Part shown: positions 13,200 through 27,290 of the stretch, in pieces
Numbering within the stretch: position 1 is the stretch's first letter
How the letters are laid out: every line of letters starts with the position of its first letter
Assembly (NCBI GenBank): GCA_951406725.2
Contig: OX597814.1
Span: 31,558,001 to 31,622,000, forward strand
Length of the DNA: 64,000 nucleotides
Reading direction: 5' to 3'
Source of the DNA: Octopus vulgaris
Taxonomy: Eukaryota
Notes under the pieces: model-generated
The model's database searches: none
What the model saw: only the letters and a program-made list of their open reading frames with translations
What the model was told of the DNA's origin: nothing
Program-made: the position numbers and the translations under genes

Positions 13200-13810
13200 T
13201 GTCTACAATGCTGTTGTCACTTGTCTTCACACACTAAGCTACATATTGCCAGAAGTGAAGTACACTAGAGAACAATTTCTAAGGAATAAAAATCATGACA
13301 GATCTCGACTTTTGGGACCTCTTGAAAGTATTGAAACTTAATTTTCCCGAACAACGTTTACAACCATGAACATTAAATTATTTTGCACAATAGGGAGAAT
13401 AAACCACGAACATTCCTCAGACGCCCTAAAAATCAAATTCAGAATTTGTGCAAGGTTAGGACACCCTCCCTTGCGCCACCTGCACAACTCAGGCTTATAA
13501 CACATAGACATAGTGCAACACGATTACTTTCCCAACATATGTCCGTCACTGCTTGGCATTATCCTCACAGAAATCAAAGGAGAGAAAAAGCGCATCAACT
13601 CCAAACAATATCAGGAAAAATTTCTTCAAGGGATGGGACGTCCAGTTAGACTGCCGCCTTTTCTCTCGCATTTCGATATCTTTATTCTATTTTTTTCTTT
13701 TCTGTTTATTCTATATCCTTTCAGAATTCCTACCAGGCGTTACCCATTGCAATTCGTCTTGATCTAACGGCTGCCTTCGTCGATAGTTTCCGTCCGTCCA
13801 TATCTTAATA
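13200..13810 (+). mobile_element. Penelope-like 3' fragment
   Basis: HDRSRLLGPLESIET..TMN resembles a GIY-YIG C-terminus. The non-coding part (13630-13800) is homologous to 15280-15460. Confidence 0.5.
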
Positions 13811-14121
13811 AAAAAACAATTCCGTACTTCAATGTGTCATGATGCCAAAAACTTAACTGGTTCTTTCCATGGTGTATTGTGTGCATTGTTTTAGAAATAT
13901 CCTGGGCCATTTCTGGCCTAATGATGTCTAATCTTATCAAAGTTTAACTATGGAAGTGTGTATGCATTTGTATACATATCTTTTACATTTGGAATCATTT
14001 CAGGTTAGCAATCATTCAAATATTCAAATACAAGCATACAGACATATATACATAAATACGCACACACACGCACATATACATACATGTGTGCGCGTATATA
14101 TATATATATATATCGAAATAG

Positions 14122-14208
<87 letters not shown>

Positions 14209-14239
14209 TATGTATATATGCATATATATGTATACATGT

Positions 14240-14297
<58 letters not shown>

Positions 14298-14301
<4 letters not shown>

Positions 14302-14625
14302 AATAGGATAAAATCTTCATAAGAAATTATCAAGTAGTTAGCGTGAAAAACCTCATAAGAGAAAAAAATCTGTTAATTTTTTCCACTTGAATATATTTAT
14401 TTATATTATATAGACGGCTTTATTACACATAAATGCCGCACGCTAGGAGGGACTCTTAAAGTCAAAACTACCAAAATAAACATATTGTACCGAATGCACA
14501 TCTCGAAGCAAGTCATTTAAAAACAGAATTTAGCTGCAGATCACCAGTGATTTCGTAATTAACGCAGTGGCTGCGTCCTTTACTCGTCGGTGTCAGCATG
14601 GTTCAAGATTTATAATGAATGAACA
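14298..14625 (-). mobile_element. Penelope-like terminal segment with hammerhead
   Basis: Contains the hammerhead at 14533-14597 and abuts a (TA)n array. Confidence 0.55.
14533..14597 (-). ncRNA. Type I hammerhead ribozyme, U4C core variant
   Basis: Minus strand: gctgaca CCGACGA gtaa..acgcag cca ctgcgt..ttac GAAA tcac tg gtga TC tgcagc. Confidence 0.75.
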
Positions 14626-14669
14626 AAATCAACATACCAGGCGAACACCCATCGTATCCTGCGTAGCAT

Positions 14670-14930
14670 ATAGAATATATACAAACATAAAAACGAAAAA
14701 GTACACATTAAGTACAGGACGTCACCAACGAGCGAACAATACTTAAACACACAACGAACAAGATGCCAAAATAAGTATAACACATCCTCAGTTATCGATT
14801 CTTTATTACTACCTATCTCCTGCTTTTAACGATAAGACAGAAAGACTTCAAAAGACAGCAGCATCCAGAAATTTTAAAAATATAAAATGTTTTGGAGAGT
14901 CAGAGCTTTGAACGTTGAATGTATACGTAT
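14670..14930 (-). mobile_element. Decayed relative of the 61790-62335 non-coding repeat
   Basis: Same layout (GTC-stem...stem-CTGANGA, then T-rich tail) on the minus strand. Confidence 0.4.
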
Positions 14931-15249
14931 TTTTCGCTCGTTGGGGATGTCCTGTTATTAATGTCTATTTTTATCATTTTTATTTAATAAAGGAATGCGA
15001 TGCAGCCTTTGTCAACAGTACATTTATATATTTCTGCGACTCTGTTCCCTGCTTAATTTTTTTCTTTTTCTCTCTCCTTCTATAATCCTCTATATTTCTT
15101 TTTCTCCCCTCCTACTCTGCTGTCCCCACATCTATTTTTCTTTCACTCTATATTTCTTTCCTTCTCCCTTCTCCTATCCCGCTTTGTTTATTTTCCTCAT
15201 CGTCTCCCTTACCCCATTCCCCCCTCAGTCTACTACTCACACGTGACTA

Positions 15250-15590
15250 CAGGCCATTTTTCTCGTCTCTGTGTCTTTTCTGGATGGGACGTCCAGTTAG
15301 CTGGACGTCTTTTCTCTCGCATTTCCATATGTTTTTCTCTTTTTCTCTCTTCTATTTCTTCCATATCCTTTCGAAATTTCTTCCAGGCGTTACCCATTAC
15401 AATTCGTCTTGGTTTAAAGGCCCCAAACGTCTGTCTTCGTCGTTCGTTTTCGTCCCTCCACTCTGATGCCGTTTGTTAGTTCGAAAGCCTATGTATTTGA
15501 AATATCAGGATCCTGCTGTCCTATGAAGTCTTCCTCACTTGTTAAAACACAAAACAGGTAGCAATAAACAGTCGACAGCTGAAGAGGAGT
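15250..15590 (+). mobile_element. Repeat homologous to 13630-13800 (Penelope-like non-coding end)
   Basis: Shared ggatgggacgtccagttag...ccaggcgttacccatt.caattcgtcttg. Confidence 0.6.
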
Positions 15591-15712
15591 GTGTGCGTGT
15601 GTTTGTGTGTGTGTGTGGATCTAGTGGGTAATATATGCACCAGGTAATCTAGGAAACCAGCCCTATGAAGCAATATGTCTCGGGCTGTGGCTTTTACCAT
15701 TATATCTATCTA

Positions 15713-15788
<76 letters not shown>

Positions 15789-15794
15789 ATGTTA

Positions 15795-16008
15795 GTGTCT
15801 TCAACACGTAACCAGAACTCTTACTGCCAAGAGTCCCAGATGAACCAACTTCAGAGCAGGAAGTGCAAATGAGGGCAGTGGTGCCACACTCCCTCATGCA
15901 CCAAATATCAAGTTCTAAAAATGAATTAGTGAAGTAAAAATGATATGGCAACACCAAATGGTAGTACCCCAGTATGGCCACAGCTCATGAGCTGAAACTG
16001 GTTTAATT
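15795..16008 (+). mobile_element. CR1-type LINE 3' end
   Basis: VPDEPTSEQEVQMRAVVPHSLMHQI plus tail ccccagtatggccacagctcatgagctgaaac. Confidence 0.8.
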
Positions 16009-16043
16009 CAATATATATATATATAAATATATATATACATACA

Positions 16044-16099
<56 letters not shown>

Positions 16100-16889
16100 T
16101 GTATGTACGCAGGTATGTATATATTTCGCTTTGAGATTTGGTTTGCAATATTCCTTATGCGAGTTAGTTTGTTGAAGCATATTTTGTTGTGTCTGGGGAG
16201 AGTCCATCTATTTTAGTGCCTTATTATTCATCATACTCACCGTAAAATTTTCCACTCATTTACTTATTTATTTTTTCCTCAACTTTTCGTTGCGTCTTGC
16301 AACCTTTTCAATAGTCGTTGGCTCTGTCCGTTGTCCGAGCTGCCTTATTTTTGTTTGTCTGTGCACATGTGTGTGGGTCAGTGTGTGTGCGCATACACAT
16401 GTATGTATGTATGTTCGTGCATGCATGTATGTATGAGCGTGTACAGTTGTATGTATGTGTGTTTTTATGTGTGTGTTTGTTTGCATGTGTGTGTATTTGC
16501 ATGTGTGTGTGTTTGCATATGTGTGTGTCTCTGTCTCTTTGTGTGTGCATGTATAATGTGTGAGTATGGATTTTTGTGACTATGTACTGTCTGTATGTAT
16601 AGAAGTGTATCTCCATATATATGGATGTTTGTCTCCATATGTGTCCTTCTGTGAAGTGAAGTGTGTGTATGTGTGTATATATAGTCATCTGTTTCAGTCT
16701 TCATTTGCGTATGTGTATGTGTGCTTGTTTTTTCATAATACCTATGTACCTATCCATCTGTATGCCTACATGTTTACAATCATGTCCATTTGCCTACATA
16801 TATGTGCATATACATATACGTATATACAGACACATACACACACACACACACGCTCAAACTTCTAGATAAAAGCCCACTGAGTTTCTAGC

Positions 16890-17267
16890 TGTATATAAAT
16901 ATAAACTGTGGATATATTGGTATGATTACCTACTACGTATATTTCTTATTTAGCGCTTATTTACGTGGACGTACTCCTCTATTTGTCTGAGGGTTGGGTC
17001 CTTTGGGTGCTTGGATAAAATGTCAAGCTGACCCAGGTTGCCTCCATGTTGGTAAAATATGAAGGCATGTTGGTAAAATATGAAGGAGTGTTTTTGTCGT
17101 TATATTGTCTCAAATATTCATTTAGTCTTTTTGCAATGCTCGTAGGTATCTCCCCTATGTAATAGTTTTAGTGATGGTTTTGCAGTTATATTTCTCTACC
17201 TCTGGTATTTGAATACTAATTTTTCCACATTGTTTCGCACGTATGTGCTTACCCTGGTGTCAAAAAC

Positions 17268-17270
<3 letters not shown>
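16890..17270 (-). mobile_element. Penelope-like GIY-YIG remnant
   Basis: Minus strand reads YYIGEIPTSIAKRLNEYLRQ; internal 21-bp tandem duplication catgttggtaaaatatgaagg. Confidence 0.55.
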
Positions 17271-17329
<59 letters not shown>

Positions 17330-17359
17330 TACATACATACATATATATATACACAGATA

Positions 17360-17744
17360 AGTGTTGGATGTGTGGTAAGTAGCTTGATTACCAACCAAAT
17401 CGTTTCAGGTTCACTCCCACTGCGTGGCACATTGAGCAAATGTCGTCTACTATAGCCTGGTGTTGACCAAAGCCTTGGGAAGAGATTTAGATGACGGAAA
17501 TTGAAGAAGCTCTTCGTATATATGTTTGTGTGTGTGTGTGTTTGTGTGTATGTGTGCATATGAGGCTGGTGTGTTTACGTCCTCGTAACCTAGCGGTTCA
17601 TCGAAATAGACCGATAAAATAAGTACTAAGCTTACCAACAAGGAGGTGGGGTCGATTTATTCGACTAAAACCCTTCAAGGCGGTACACCAATATGGTCCT
17701 AGTCAAATGGCTGAAACAAGTAAAAGACGAAAAGAATAAAAGAA
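17360..17744 (+). mobile_element. tRNA-derived SINE family A
   Basis: Full-length diverged match to 23141-23533. Confidence 0.9.
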
Positions 17745-17752
17745 TATATCTA

Positions 17753-17783
<31 letters not shown>

Positions 17784-17845
17784 GCAAGAATATATATATA
17801 TATATCTGTATGTATGACGCTATATTTTTGTGTCTCTATCGGGGT

Positions 17846-17886
<41 letters not shown>

Positions 17887-17950
17887 TTCGCGCACACACA
17901 CATAAACACAAACACACACACAGCCACACGCACATATATGTATATATGCG

Positions 17951-18007
<57 letters not shown>

Positions 18008-18045
18008 CTATATATATATATATATACATACACACACACACACAC

Positions 18046-18092
<47 letters not shown>

Positions 18093-18857
18093 ACGCACAT
18101 ACGCCTGCACCTGTATATATTTATTCATCGATAAACAAACACAAATATGTATATAGATCTGTTATTTTCTTTACAATATTGTTTCAACTAATGTGCACGC
18201 AACTACTGTTGGTCAAACTGCGCTAGTTTAATCTTTTCGTGTCCCATGTTGAAAACATTCCGCATATCACACTCTTTGAAATTTTCTTTCTTTTTACACG
18301 GCACAGCCTCCAAGTTTAAACCGAATGCTTTGGGCTGAAGTGATATAGAAGTATCCACATATAGACACATGCGCACAGACGCATGCATACACACACAGTG
18401 ATAATGCAAGGATATCCATAAATATCAATATGTGCAGATATATAAAATATTTATGGGTGGGTACATGTTTAAACAGCATGTCCAACTCACACAAACATAC
18501 GCATATACACACATATATTCATCTATATATATTCATATCTGTATACGCAAAAAGGCATTTATATATATGTACATGTATGATACACTCACACACGCGCACA
18601 CGCACAAAAAACACATACGCATAGACACACACACACATATAGGTAGATAGATAAACAGATAGAGTGATTGAAAGATACAAAATTGTACATGTATATATAT
18701 ATATATACATATATAAGTATGTATGTATATATATATATATATTTATATATATATGTATATATAAATAGATATATATATATACATGTTTATATATATACAT
18801 ATATATATACATTTATATATATTATATATATATATGTATATATATATATAAACACAC

Positions 18858-18895
<38 letters not shown>

Positions 18896-19046
18896 CTGTC
18901 CACAACATCGACTGACAACACATAACGCAGACTTACAAAGAAGTCCTTGGGTTGATTTGTTCGACTAGAAGGCGGTGCTGTAGCATGGCTGTAGTTAAAT
19001 GACTGATACAAGTAAAAGAATAAAAGATATATATGCATATATGTAC

Positions 19047-19104
<58 letters not shown>

Positions 19105-19218
19105 ATATATGTGTATATGTGTATATATATATATATATGTATATATATACATGTACATATATACTTATATATCATTTTATTCTATTACTTGTTGGAGTAT
19201 ATATAAATAAATAAATAA

Positions 19219-19278
<60 letters not shown>

Positions 19279-19624
19279 CCGTGCTCCTGTGCGTTTGAGT
19301 TCAGTGCACACAGCTGTTATTCTACCGCCGTTCTAAGAATACGCACACCTTTGCACTACACACCTCCAGCGTCGCGTGATTATACAGGGATGTCTCCGAG
19401 TAGCGATATAATATATGAGACGCGTAACGATTAAAATGGTTGTGTAGAAAAATATGCGGGTATTACGAAAACATATGCCATACTATTATAACGGAGACAT
19501 ATTTTATTTCCTTGTTTTTAAACAATAAATTAGTTTAATATGTGTCAGAGTATATGCATTGTGTCTAAATGCAAGTAAGTACGCATATACCCACACACAA
19601 TTGTATGCATATATATATACATAG

Positions 19625-19696
<72 letters not shown>

Positions 19697-19939
19697 GTAT
19701 GTATATATATATAAGTATATACATATATATATATATATATACATATATATATACATATATATGCATATATGCATATATATAAGTATATACATATATATAT
19801 ATATATACATATATATATACATATATATGCATATATGCATAAACACACATATATATACAAACACATACGCATACACATACTCATGCAAACATAGTTGTAC
19901 ACATGTATGTAGTTCTACATGTTTATATATGAACGTAAC

Positions 19940-19995
<56 letters not shown>

Positions 19996-20000
<5 letters not shown>

Positions 20001-20229
20001 TTCTTTACTGCCCACAAGGGGCTAAACATAAAGGGGACAAACAAGGACAGACAAAGGGATTAAGTCGATTACATCGACCCCAGTGCGAAACTGGTACTTT
20101 ATTTATCGACCCCGAAAGGATGAAAGGCAAAGTCAACCTCGGCGGAATTTGAACTCAGAACGTAACAACAGACGAAATACCGCTAAGCATTTCGCCCGGC
20201 GCGCTAACGTTTCTGCCAGCTCGCCGCCA
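19996..20229 (-). mobile_element. tRNA-derived SINE family C, full-length monomer
   Basis: Minus strand ggcggcgagctggcagaaacg...gagttcaaattcc (B box)...agccccttgtgggcagtaaagaaata. Confidence 0.9.
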
Positions 20230-20440
20230 TATATATATATATATATGCTTGTGTATGTGTGTGTGATGTCTGTGTATCACATGCACACAAAACATATACG
20301 AGGTAGGGGTGGCTGGGAATTTTCTGGTATTGGATAAAGAAAAGTAGGGTGATTAGTGAATTATGATTTTATCCAACATATTTCCCTCTCAGATTCACAC
20401 ATTTATTGCAGCAGTCCTTCGGGTTTTCTAAGCCATGTAA

Positions 20441-20698
<258 letters not shown>

Positions 20699-20816
20699 GT
20701 ATGTGTGTGAGTATGTAAATTTATACATATAAGTGTACATATATGCATATAAGTATGTATAAGCGATGTTGGGGCCACAAACACAGACACACAAACATAT
20801 ACACACCCCGATATAC

Positions 20817-20865
<49 letters not shown>

Positions 20866-20890
20866 TATTTATATATATAGATATATATAA

Positions 20891-20964
<74 letters not shown>

Positions 20965-21009
20965 ATATACATCCATACATCCATATATATATATATATAT
21001 ATAAATATA

Positions 21010-21295
21010 TCACGTGATCACGTGAGCGACCAGGCTATCAGATGTTGCTACACATCGCTGGTCACAATGCGCTTCGCATTGTTTTAGCCTTCCAACGACG
21101 CCCCCCCGCTGGCTAAGCGAACAGACCAACATAAGAAAGAGTGAGAGAAAGTTGTGACGAAAGAGTACAGCAGGGTTTGCTACCACCCCTGCCGGTGCCT
21201 CATGGAGTTTTAGGTGTTTTCACTCAATAAACACTCACAACGCCCGGTCTGGGAATCGAAACCGCGATACTACGAATCCGCTGCCCTAACCACGC
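21010..21295 (-). mobile_element. SINE family B, tail variant 2 (RTE-like tail)
   Basis: Head matches 49433-49810; tail tgtgaccagcgatgtg...ctggtcgctcacgtgatcacgtgat. Confidence 0.9.
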
Positions 21296-21359
<64 letters not shown>

Positions 21360-21361
21360 CA

Positions 21362-21808
21362 TGCCATAATATACATCTGGAAGATCCTGGAGGGAAGTGT
21401 CCTGAACTTTGGCATCGAGAGTTACGCAAACGCCAGAACTGGGCGCCACTGCGTGGTGCCTAGGACTCCAAACTTGCCATCAAGATGTAGGACAAGATTC
21501 TGTGATAGCCAGGGCTTCCGAGGCCCACAGCTCTTCAATATCCTCCCGATGAACCTGAGAGACCTGCATGGGGTGGATACAGATGTCTTTAAAATGGAGC
21601 TGGATCTCTTCCTGTCAGGTGTCCCAGATGAACCAACTTCACGGCAGGAGGGGCAGATGAGGGCAGCTGCATCGAACTCTCTCATGCACCAAATAGCAGT
21701 TGCTAGAAAGCCTCCATGAAGTGAAACCAAGTAGCAACACCAAATGGTGGTGCCCCAGCATGGCCACAGCTCATAAGCTGAAACTGGAATCAATCAATCA
21801 ATCAATCA
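21362..21808 (+). mobile_element. CR1-type LINE 3' fragment
   Basis: AIIYIWKILEG..., GPQLFNILPMNLRDLHGVDTDVFKMELDLFLSGVPDEPT; ends in (AATC)n. Confidence 0.9.
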
Positions 21809-22016
21809 TATCTACAAGGACTTCTTTCAGTTTCCGTCTGCCAAATCCACTCACAAGGCTTTGGTCAGCCCGAAGCTATTGTAGGCGACACACACAGCGA
21901 TACTGAACCCAGAACCATGTCGTTGGTAAGCAAGGTGTTTACCACACAGCCACTAATAATATTGTGCAGGACTGCGCAGCATTCTGCGTAGTTAACATCT
22001 CGCATATATACATATA

Positions 22017-22087
<71 letters not shown>

Positions 22088-22111
22088 TTAAAAAAAAAAT
22101 TTGTTTTAAAA

Positions 22112-22270
22112 TTTTATCTAGTTTCAGCTCACGAGCTGTGGCCATGCTGGGGCACCGCCATTTGGTGCTGCTACATGGTTTTACTTCACGAATGCTTTTT
22201 AGCAACTGCCATTTGGAGCATGAGAGAGTTCGATGCAGCTGCCCTCTTCTGCACCCGGGATACCTGACAA
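22112..22270 (-). mobile_element. CR1-type LINE 3' end, inverted relative to 21362-21808
   Basis: RAAASNSLMLQMAVAKK plus the same 3' UTR. Confidence 0.85.
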
Positions 22271-22273
22271 AAA

Positions 22274-22317
<44 letters not shown>

Positions 22318-22710
22318 TACATGCATGTATGAGTAAATGTGTATGTGTTTCTGTGCGTGTATACTCATTTCTCTATTTAGATGTGCATGTTAATACATAA
22401 ACGTCTATATATATATGTGTGTGAGTGAGTGCTTCTTTTCGTCAGCGTTTATGCATATAGCTAATTAGTGTATGCATAAAGATGATGAGAGGACTACATA
22501 CATACATACATACATACATACATACATACATACATACATACATACAGACATACATATTTAAGGACGTACAGGTAGCGTTGAGAGAGACAGACAGTCAGGC
22601 AGATAGACAAACAATGAGGAGCAAGTTGAAGCCAATCTATTTTTCAACTATAAGTAACAAAAATATACATAAATAGGCAGCAGTTTAGAACAAACGGTCC
22701 ATCTTATTAA

Positions 22711-22811
<101 letters not shown>

Positions 22812-22891
22812 CATATATATATGTATATATGTATATATATATGTATATATGTATATACATATATGTATATATGTATATATATATGTATATA

Positions 22892-22930
<39 letters not shown>

Positions 22931-23140
22931 TTGTGTGTGTTGCGTGGGTATATATTTATATATGTATATATATATATATATATATGTATTTATATATAAT
23001 ATATATATATATATATTTATGTGTGTGTGTGTATATATATAAATATATATATATACACACACACATATGTATAATATATATATATATAGGCGTATATGAT
23101 AATTATAGGTTATACACACACACATACATATATATATATA

Positions 23141-23533
23141 GGCGCAGGAGTGGCTGTGTGGTAGGTAGATTGTGTACCAGCCAGGTGGTTCCGGCTTCAG
23201 TCCCACTGCGTGGCACCTTGGGCAACTGTCTTCTACTATAGCCTCCTGCCGACCAAAGCCTTGTGAGTGGATTTGGTAGACGGAAACTGAAAGAAGCCCG
23301 TCGTATATATGTGTGCGTGTATGTTTGTGTGTCTGTGTTTGTCCTCCTAGTATTGATTGACAACCGATGCTGGAGTGTTTATGTCCCCGTCACTTAGCGG
23401 TTCGGCAAAAAGAGACCGATAGAATAAGTACTGGGCTTACAAAGAATAAGTCCCGGGGTCGAGTTTCTCTATTAAAGGCGGTGCCCCAGTATGGCCGCAG
23501 CCAAATGACTGAAACAAGTAAAAGAGTAAAAGA
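23141..23533 (+). mobile_element. tRNA-derived SINE family A, full-length
   Basis: A box tggctgtgtggt and a B-box-like gcttcagtccc; CORE-like ggcaccttgggcaa; internal (TG)n; tail ggtgccccagtatggccgcagccaaatgactgaaac(aagtaaaag)n. Confidence 0.92.
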
Positions 23534-23652
23534 TATATATATGTTAATACATAAATATTTATATACGTGTGTGTGAGTGAGTTCGTGCTTCCTTTGATGT
23601 GCGTTTAAGCATATAGGTAAATATTATATATATATATATGTGTATGAACACA

Positions 23653-23718
<66 letters not shown>

Positions 23719-23744
23719 ATATATATTTATATATATATATATGC

Positions 23745-23775
<31 letters not shown>

Positions 23776-24076
23776 AATATATATATGTATATATATGTAT
23801 GTATATGTACACATGTATATAATTGATATCTAGTACATACAAAAGTGCGTTATATATCTATAAATAAACATGTATCTAAGTGCAAGCATATAATTATATA
23901 TACATCTACATACATGTCGATCTATCTGTCTCTCTCTGTATATATATATATATTTATATATATATATGCATATATACATATATACATACATATATGTATA
24001 CATCTATATATATATATATATTAATATTTATATATTTATATATATAAATATATACATATATACATATATATATATG

Positions 24077-24107
<31 letters not shown>

Positions 24108-24654
24108 TTATAAATTTCCATGCACATATACATATATATGTATATATATGTATATATTCAGAAGCGACGTGTGTGTGTATGTGCGTGTGTGTGTGTATGC
24201 GTGTATGTATGTGTGTATGTTTGTATGTATGTATTTATATATGCGTTTATGCGGGCATGTACGTATGCGGGCATATATGTATGCATACCTATATTCTCTT
24301 ATTGCTCTACTCGCTTCTGCCACCCGGGTGCGGTTATGCTGAAGTACCACCTTGATTTTGAAATTATCTATAATATTCTTTTGGGGATGATTCCTTCAAT
24401 GTGGTGTGGGGTTTATGACAAAAAAATTTCTGTATGTATTTCATTTTCATCCTTTCCGGGTAAATAGAATAAATAGCAGTTGAATACTAGGGATGATGTA
24501 ATCTACTTAAACATTCACACGAGATTTCTGCCCTTGCGCCAATATTGGACATCAGGCGTGGATTTGTAAGAGTTAGGAGCTAAAATGGACATAATCATTC
24601 ATGCATTCAAACACACATACACACACACACAAACAAAACGCACACACACACATT

Positions 24655-24698
<44 letters not shown>

Positions 24699-24873
24699 GG
24701 GCTACATATTTATACATTTATGTAAGCATAAGTATGTTCATATACATACATATATACATACAAATATACATAGATAAACACACACACAAAAAAATAGATA
24801 TAAAAAGGTGTGTGTGGGTGAGTATACATATATATATATCAATATATATATAGTGGTAAGCATATATATATAA

Positions 24874-24931
<58 letters not shown>

Positions 24932-25069
24932 TATACACATGTATACATATACGTATATAAATATGTATATACATATATGTACACATATATATAATTTATA
25001 TCATGTATATATAGTATATAGAAAAGTATCCGATATATCTAGAAATAAATGTACGCATGTAAGTGCATC

Positions 25070-25105
<36 letters not shown>

Positions 25106-25136
25106 CGTGTGTGTATATATATATGTATATATATAC

Positions 25137-25188
<52 letters not shown>

Positions 25189-25313
25189 CTATCTATTTCT
25201 CAATCCCTCATTCGATCTATGTATGTATCAATCTATCTATCTATTATATATATATAATATATATGCATGTATATATATACATATTATATAATCTTGTGTG
25301 TAGATATATCATG

Positions 25314-25403
<90 letters not shown>

Positions 25404-25618
25404 TATACATATATATATATACATATATATATCTTCATGTGTGTATGTATGTATCTGTATGTGCAAGAACACTTATACCCACATGTGATTATACGGCTGA
25501 GATTATGTTATGATGTATTTTTATTTGTTATGTATATGTAAGTAAATTTATGCTTATATGTAGTTTTATATATATACATACATACATATATTTACACGAG
25601 TTCATATACACGCATACA

Positions 25619-25674
<56 letters not shown>

Positions 25675-25942
25675 CGAATATATGTATGTGTATGTGTGTG
25701 TGTGTTTCAATTCAATATAATTAATTTTAATTAATCCACCATGTTATTTACATGTTTAATAACGCTGTTCGAAACGATCGTATACATTTATTAAAATTCT
25801 TTTCAAACTTTAACATCTTCTATTCTGAATCTTTTAACAATTTGTTGAGTCTCTATGGGATATCTTTCCAGTTCTAATAACATAACATATACATACATAC
25901 ATACATATATACATACATACATACATATATATGTGTGCGTTA

Positions 25943-25973
<31 letters not shown>

Positions 25974-26153
25974 TGCGTGTGTGTGCGCGCGCACACGTAT
26001 ACGCCTGTGTGTCTTCACCTGTACGCGCACAGGCTCATGTTTGTTTCTGCAGTAATAAGTGTAATGTTCGTGCCCCTGCGTCCAAATATTTCCTTAAACG
26101 TTGTTGGCTCTACGACGAATATATGTATATGTATGCATATATATGTGTGTATA

Positions 26154-26201
<48 letters not shown>

Positions 26202-26271
26202 GAGAGAGAGTGAGAGAGAGACAGAGAGAGATAGCTAGATTGATATTCATATATATACATGCATATCTATA

Positions 26272-26515
26272 TAAGGGCTTGGGCTTCAACGGCACACAGA
26301 TCCACAATATCCTCCCAAAAATTCCAAGAGACCTACATGGACATAGGCTTTTTCTGGTCAAACCTCTATCCCCTTCTGTCAACATTTCTGGATGAACCTA
26401 CTTCCGGGCCAGAAACACAAATGATGACAGCAAAATCAAAGTCCCTCATCTACCATATATGGTGCTGCAAAGAAAACGGAGGTGCCGCAGCGCATCTGCG
26501 GTCTTCGGACTGAAT
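26272..26515 (+). mobile_element. CR1-type LINE 3' fragment, decayed
   Basis: GLGFNGTQIHNILPKIPRDLHG and LDEPTSGPETQMMTAKSKSLIYHI. Confidence 0.75.
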
Positions 26516-26559
26516 TTAAAAAGTATACCTGTTTGCTGTATGTGTGTTATTTATTTTGT

Positions 26560-26915
26560 TTTTTCTCTTACTTGTTTCAGTCATTTGACTGCGGCCATGC
26601 TGGAGCACCGCCTTTAGTCGAGCAAATCGACCCCGGGACTTATTCTTTGTAAGCCTAGTACTTATTCTATCGGTCTCTTTTTGCCGAACCGCTAAGTGAC
26701 GGGGACGTAAACACACCACCATCGGTTGTCAAGCAATGCTAGGGGGACAAACACAGACGCACAAACATACACACATATACATATATATATATATATATAC
26801 GACAGGCTTCTTTCAGTTGCAGTTTACCAAATCCTCTCACTAGTCATTTGTCGGCCCGGGGCAATAGCAGAAGACACTTGCCCAAGATACCACGCAGTGG
26901 GACTGAACCTGGTTG
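26560..26915 (-). mobile_element. SINE family A
   Basis: Reverse-complement match to 23141-23533. Confidence 0.9.
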
Positions 26916-27094
26916 CTTAGCTAAAAATCCCATAAATAGTCGTGCGTGTTTATATATATCTATATGTGCGTATGTGTGTGTATGTGTCTGTGTGCATTTT
27001 CTTTTTACTTCATTGATGTTGGAATAACGCTCAGTATCATGAGCATTGTATATCCCACCTAATCTTAAACCTATATTTGAATCCTTAAGTCAGG

Positions 27095-27290
27095 ACGCCA
27101 TGATAGATCGTTAGCTCCTACACGCATTTTTTTTCTCTCCTTGTTTTTTTCTGTGTATCTTTCTGTCGAAGAGCGTAGGCTCGAAACGTAAAAGACTTTT
27201 TCTATTCCTGAGCGCTATACTAATACATTTGTTTGTTTGTACTCCACCTGCCTTCGTCTTTTGTTTATTTTCGTAAATTTTCCCTTTAAT
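27095..27290 (+). mobile_element. Penelope-like terminal-repeat fragment
   Basis: Contains the minimal hammerhead and a ctaatacattt tail similar to 2200-2362. Confidence 0.6.
27158..27195 (+). ncRNA. Minimal type I hammerhead, A6U core variant
   Basis: tcttt CTGTCGA a gagc gtag gctc GAAA cg TA aaaga: 5-bp stem I, 4-bp stem II and palindromic ACGT helix III. Confidence 0.65.

Noticed and set aside
16275-16318. Minus-strand ttgaaaag-gttgc-aagac-gcaac-gaaa hairpin resembling a Penelope hammerhead derivative
   Set aside because: Several core mismatches and no helix III or cleavage site.
23141-23215. tRNA-like sequences at SINE heads
   Set aside because: They continue into SINE bodies, occur in many diverged copies and lack a full cloverleaf.
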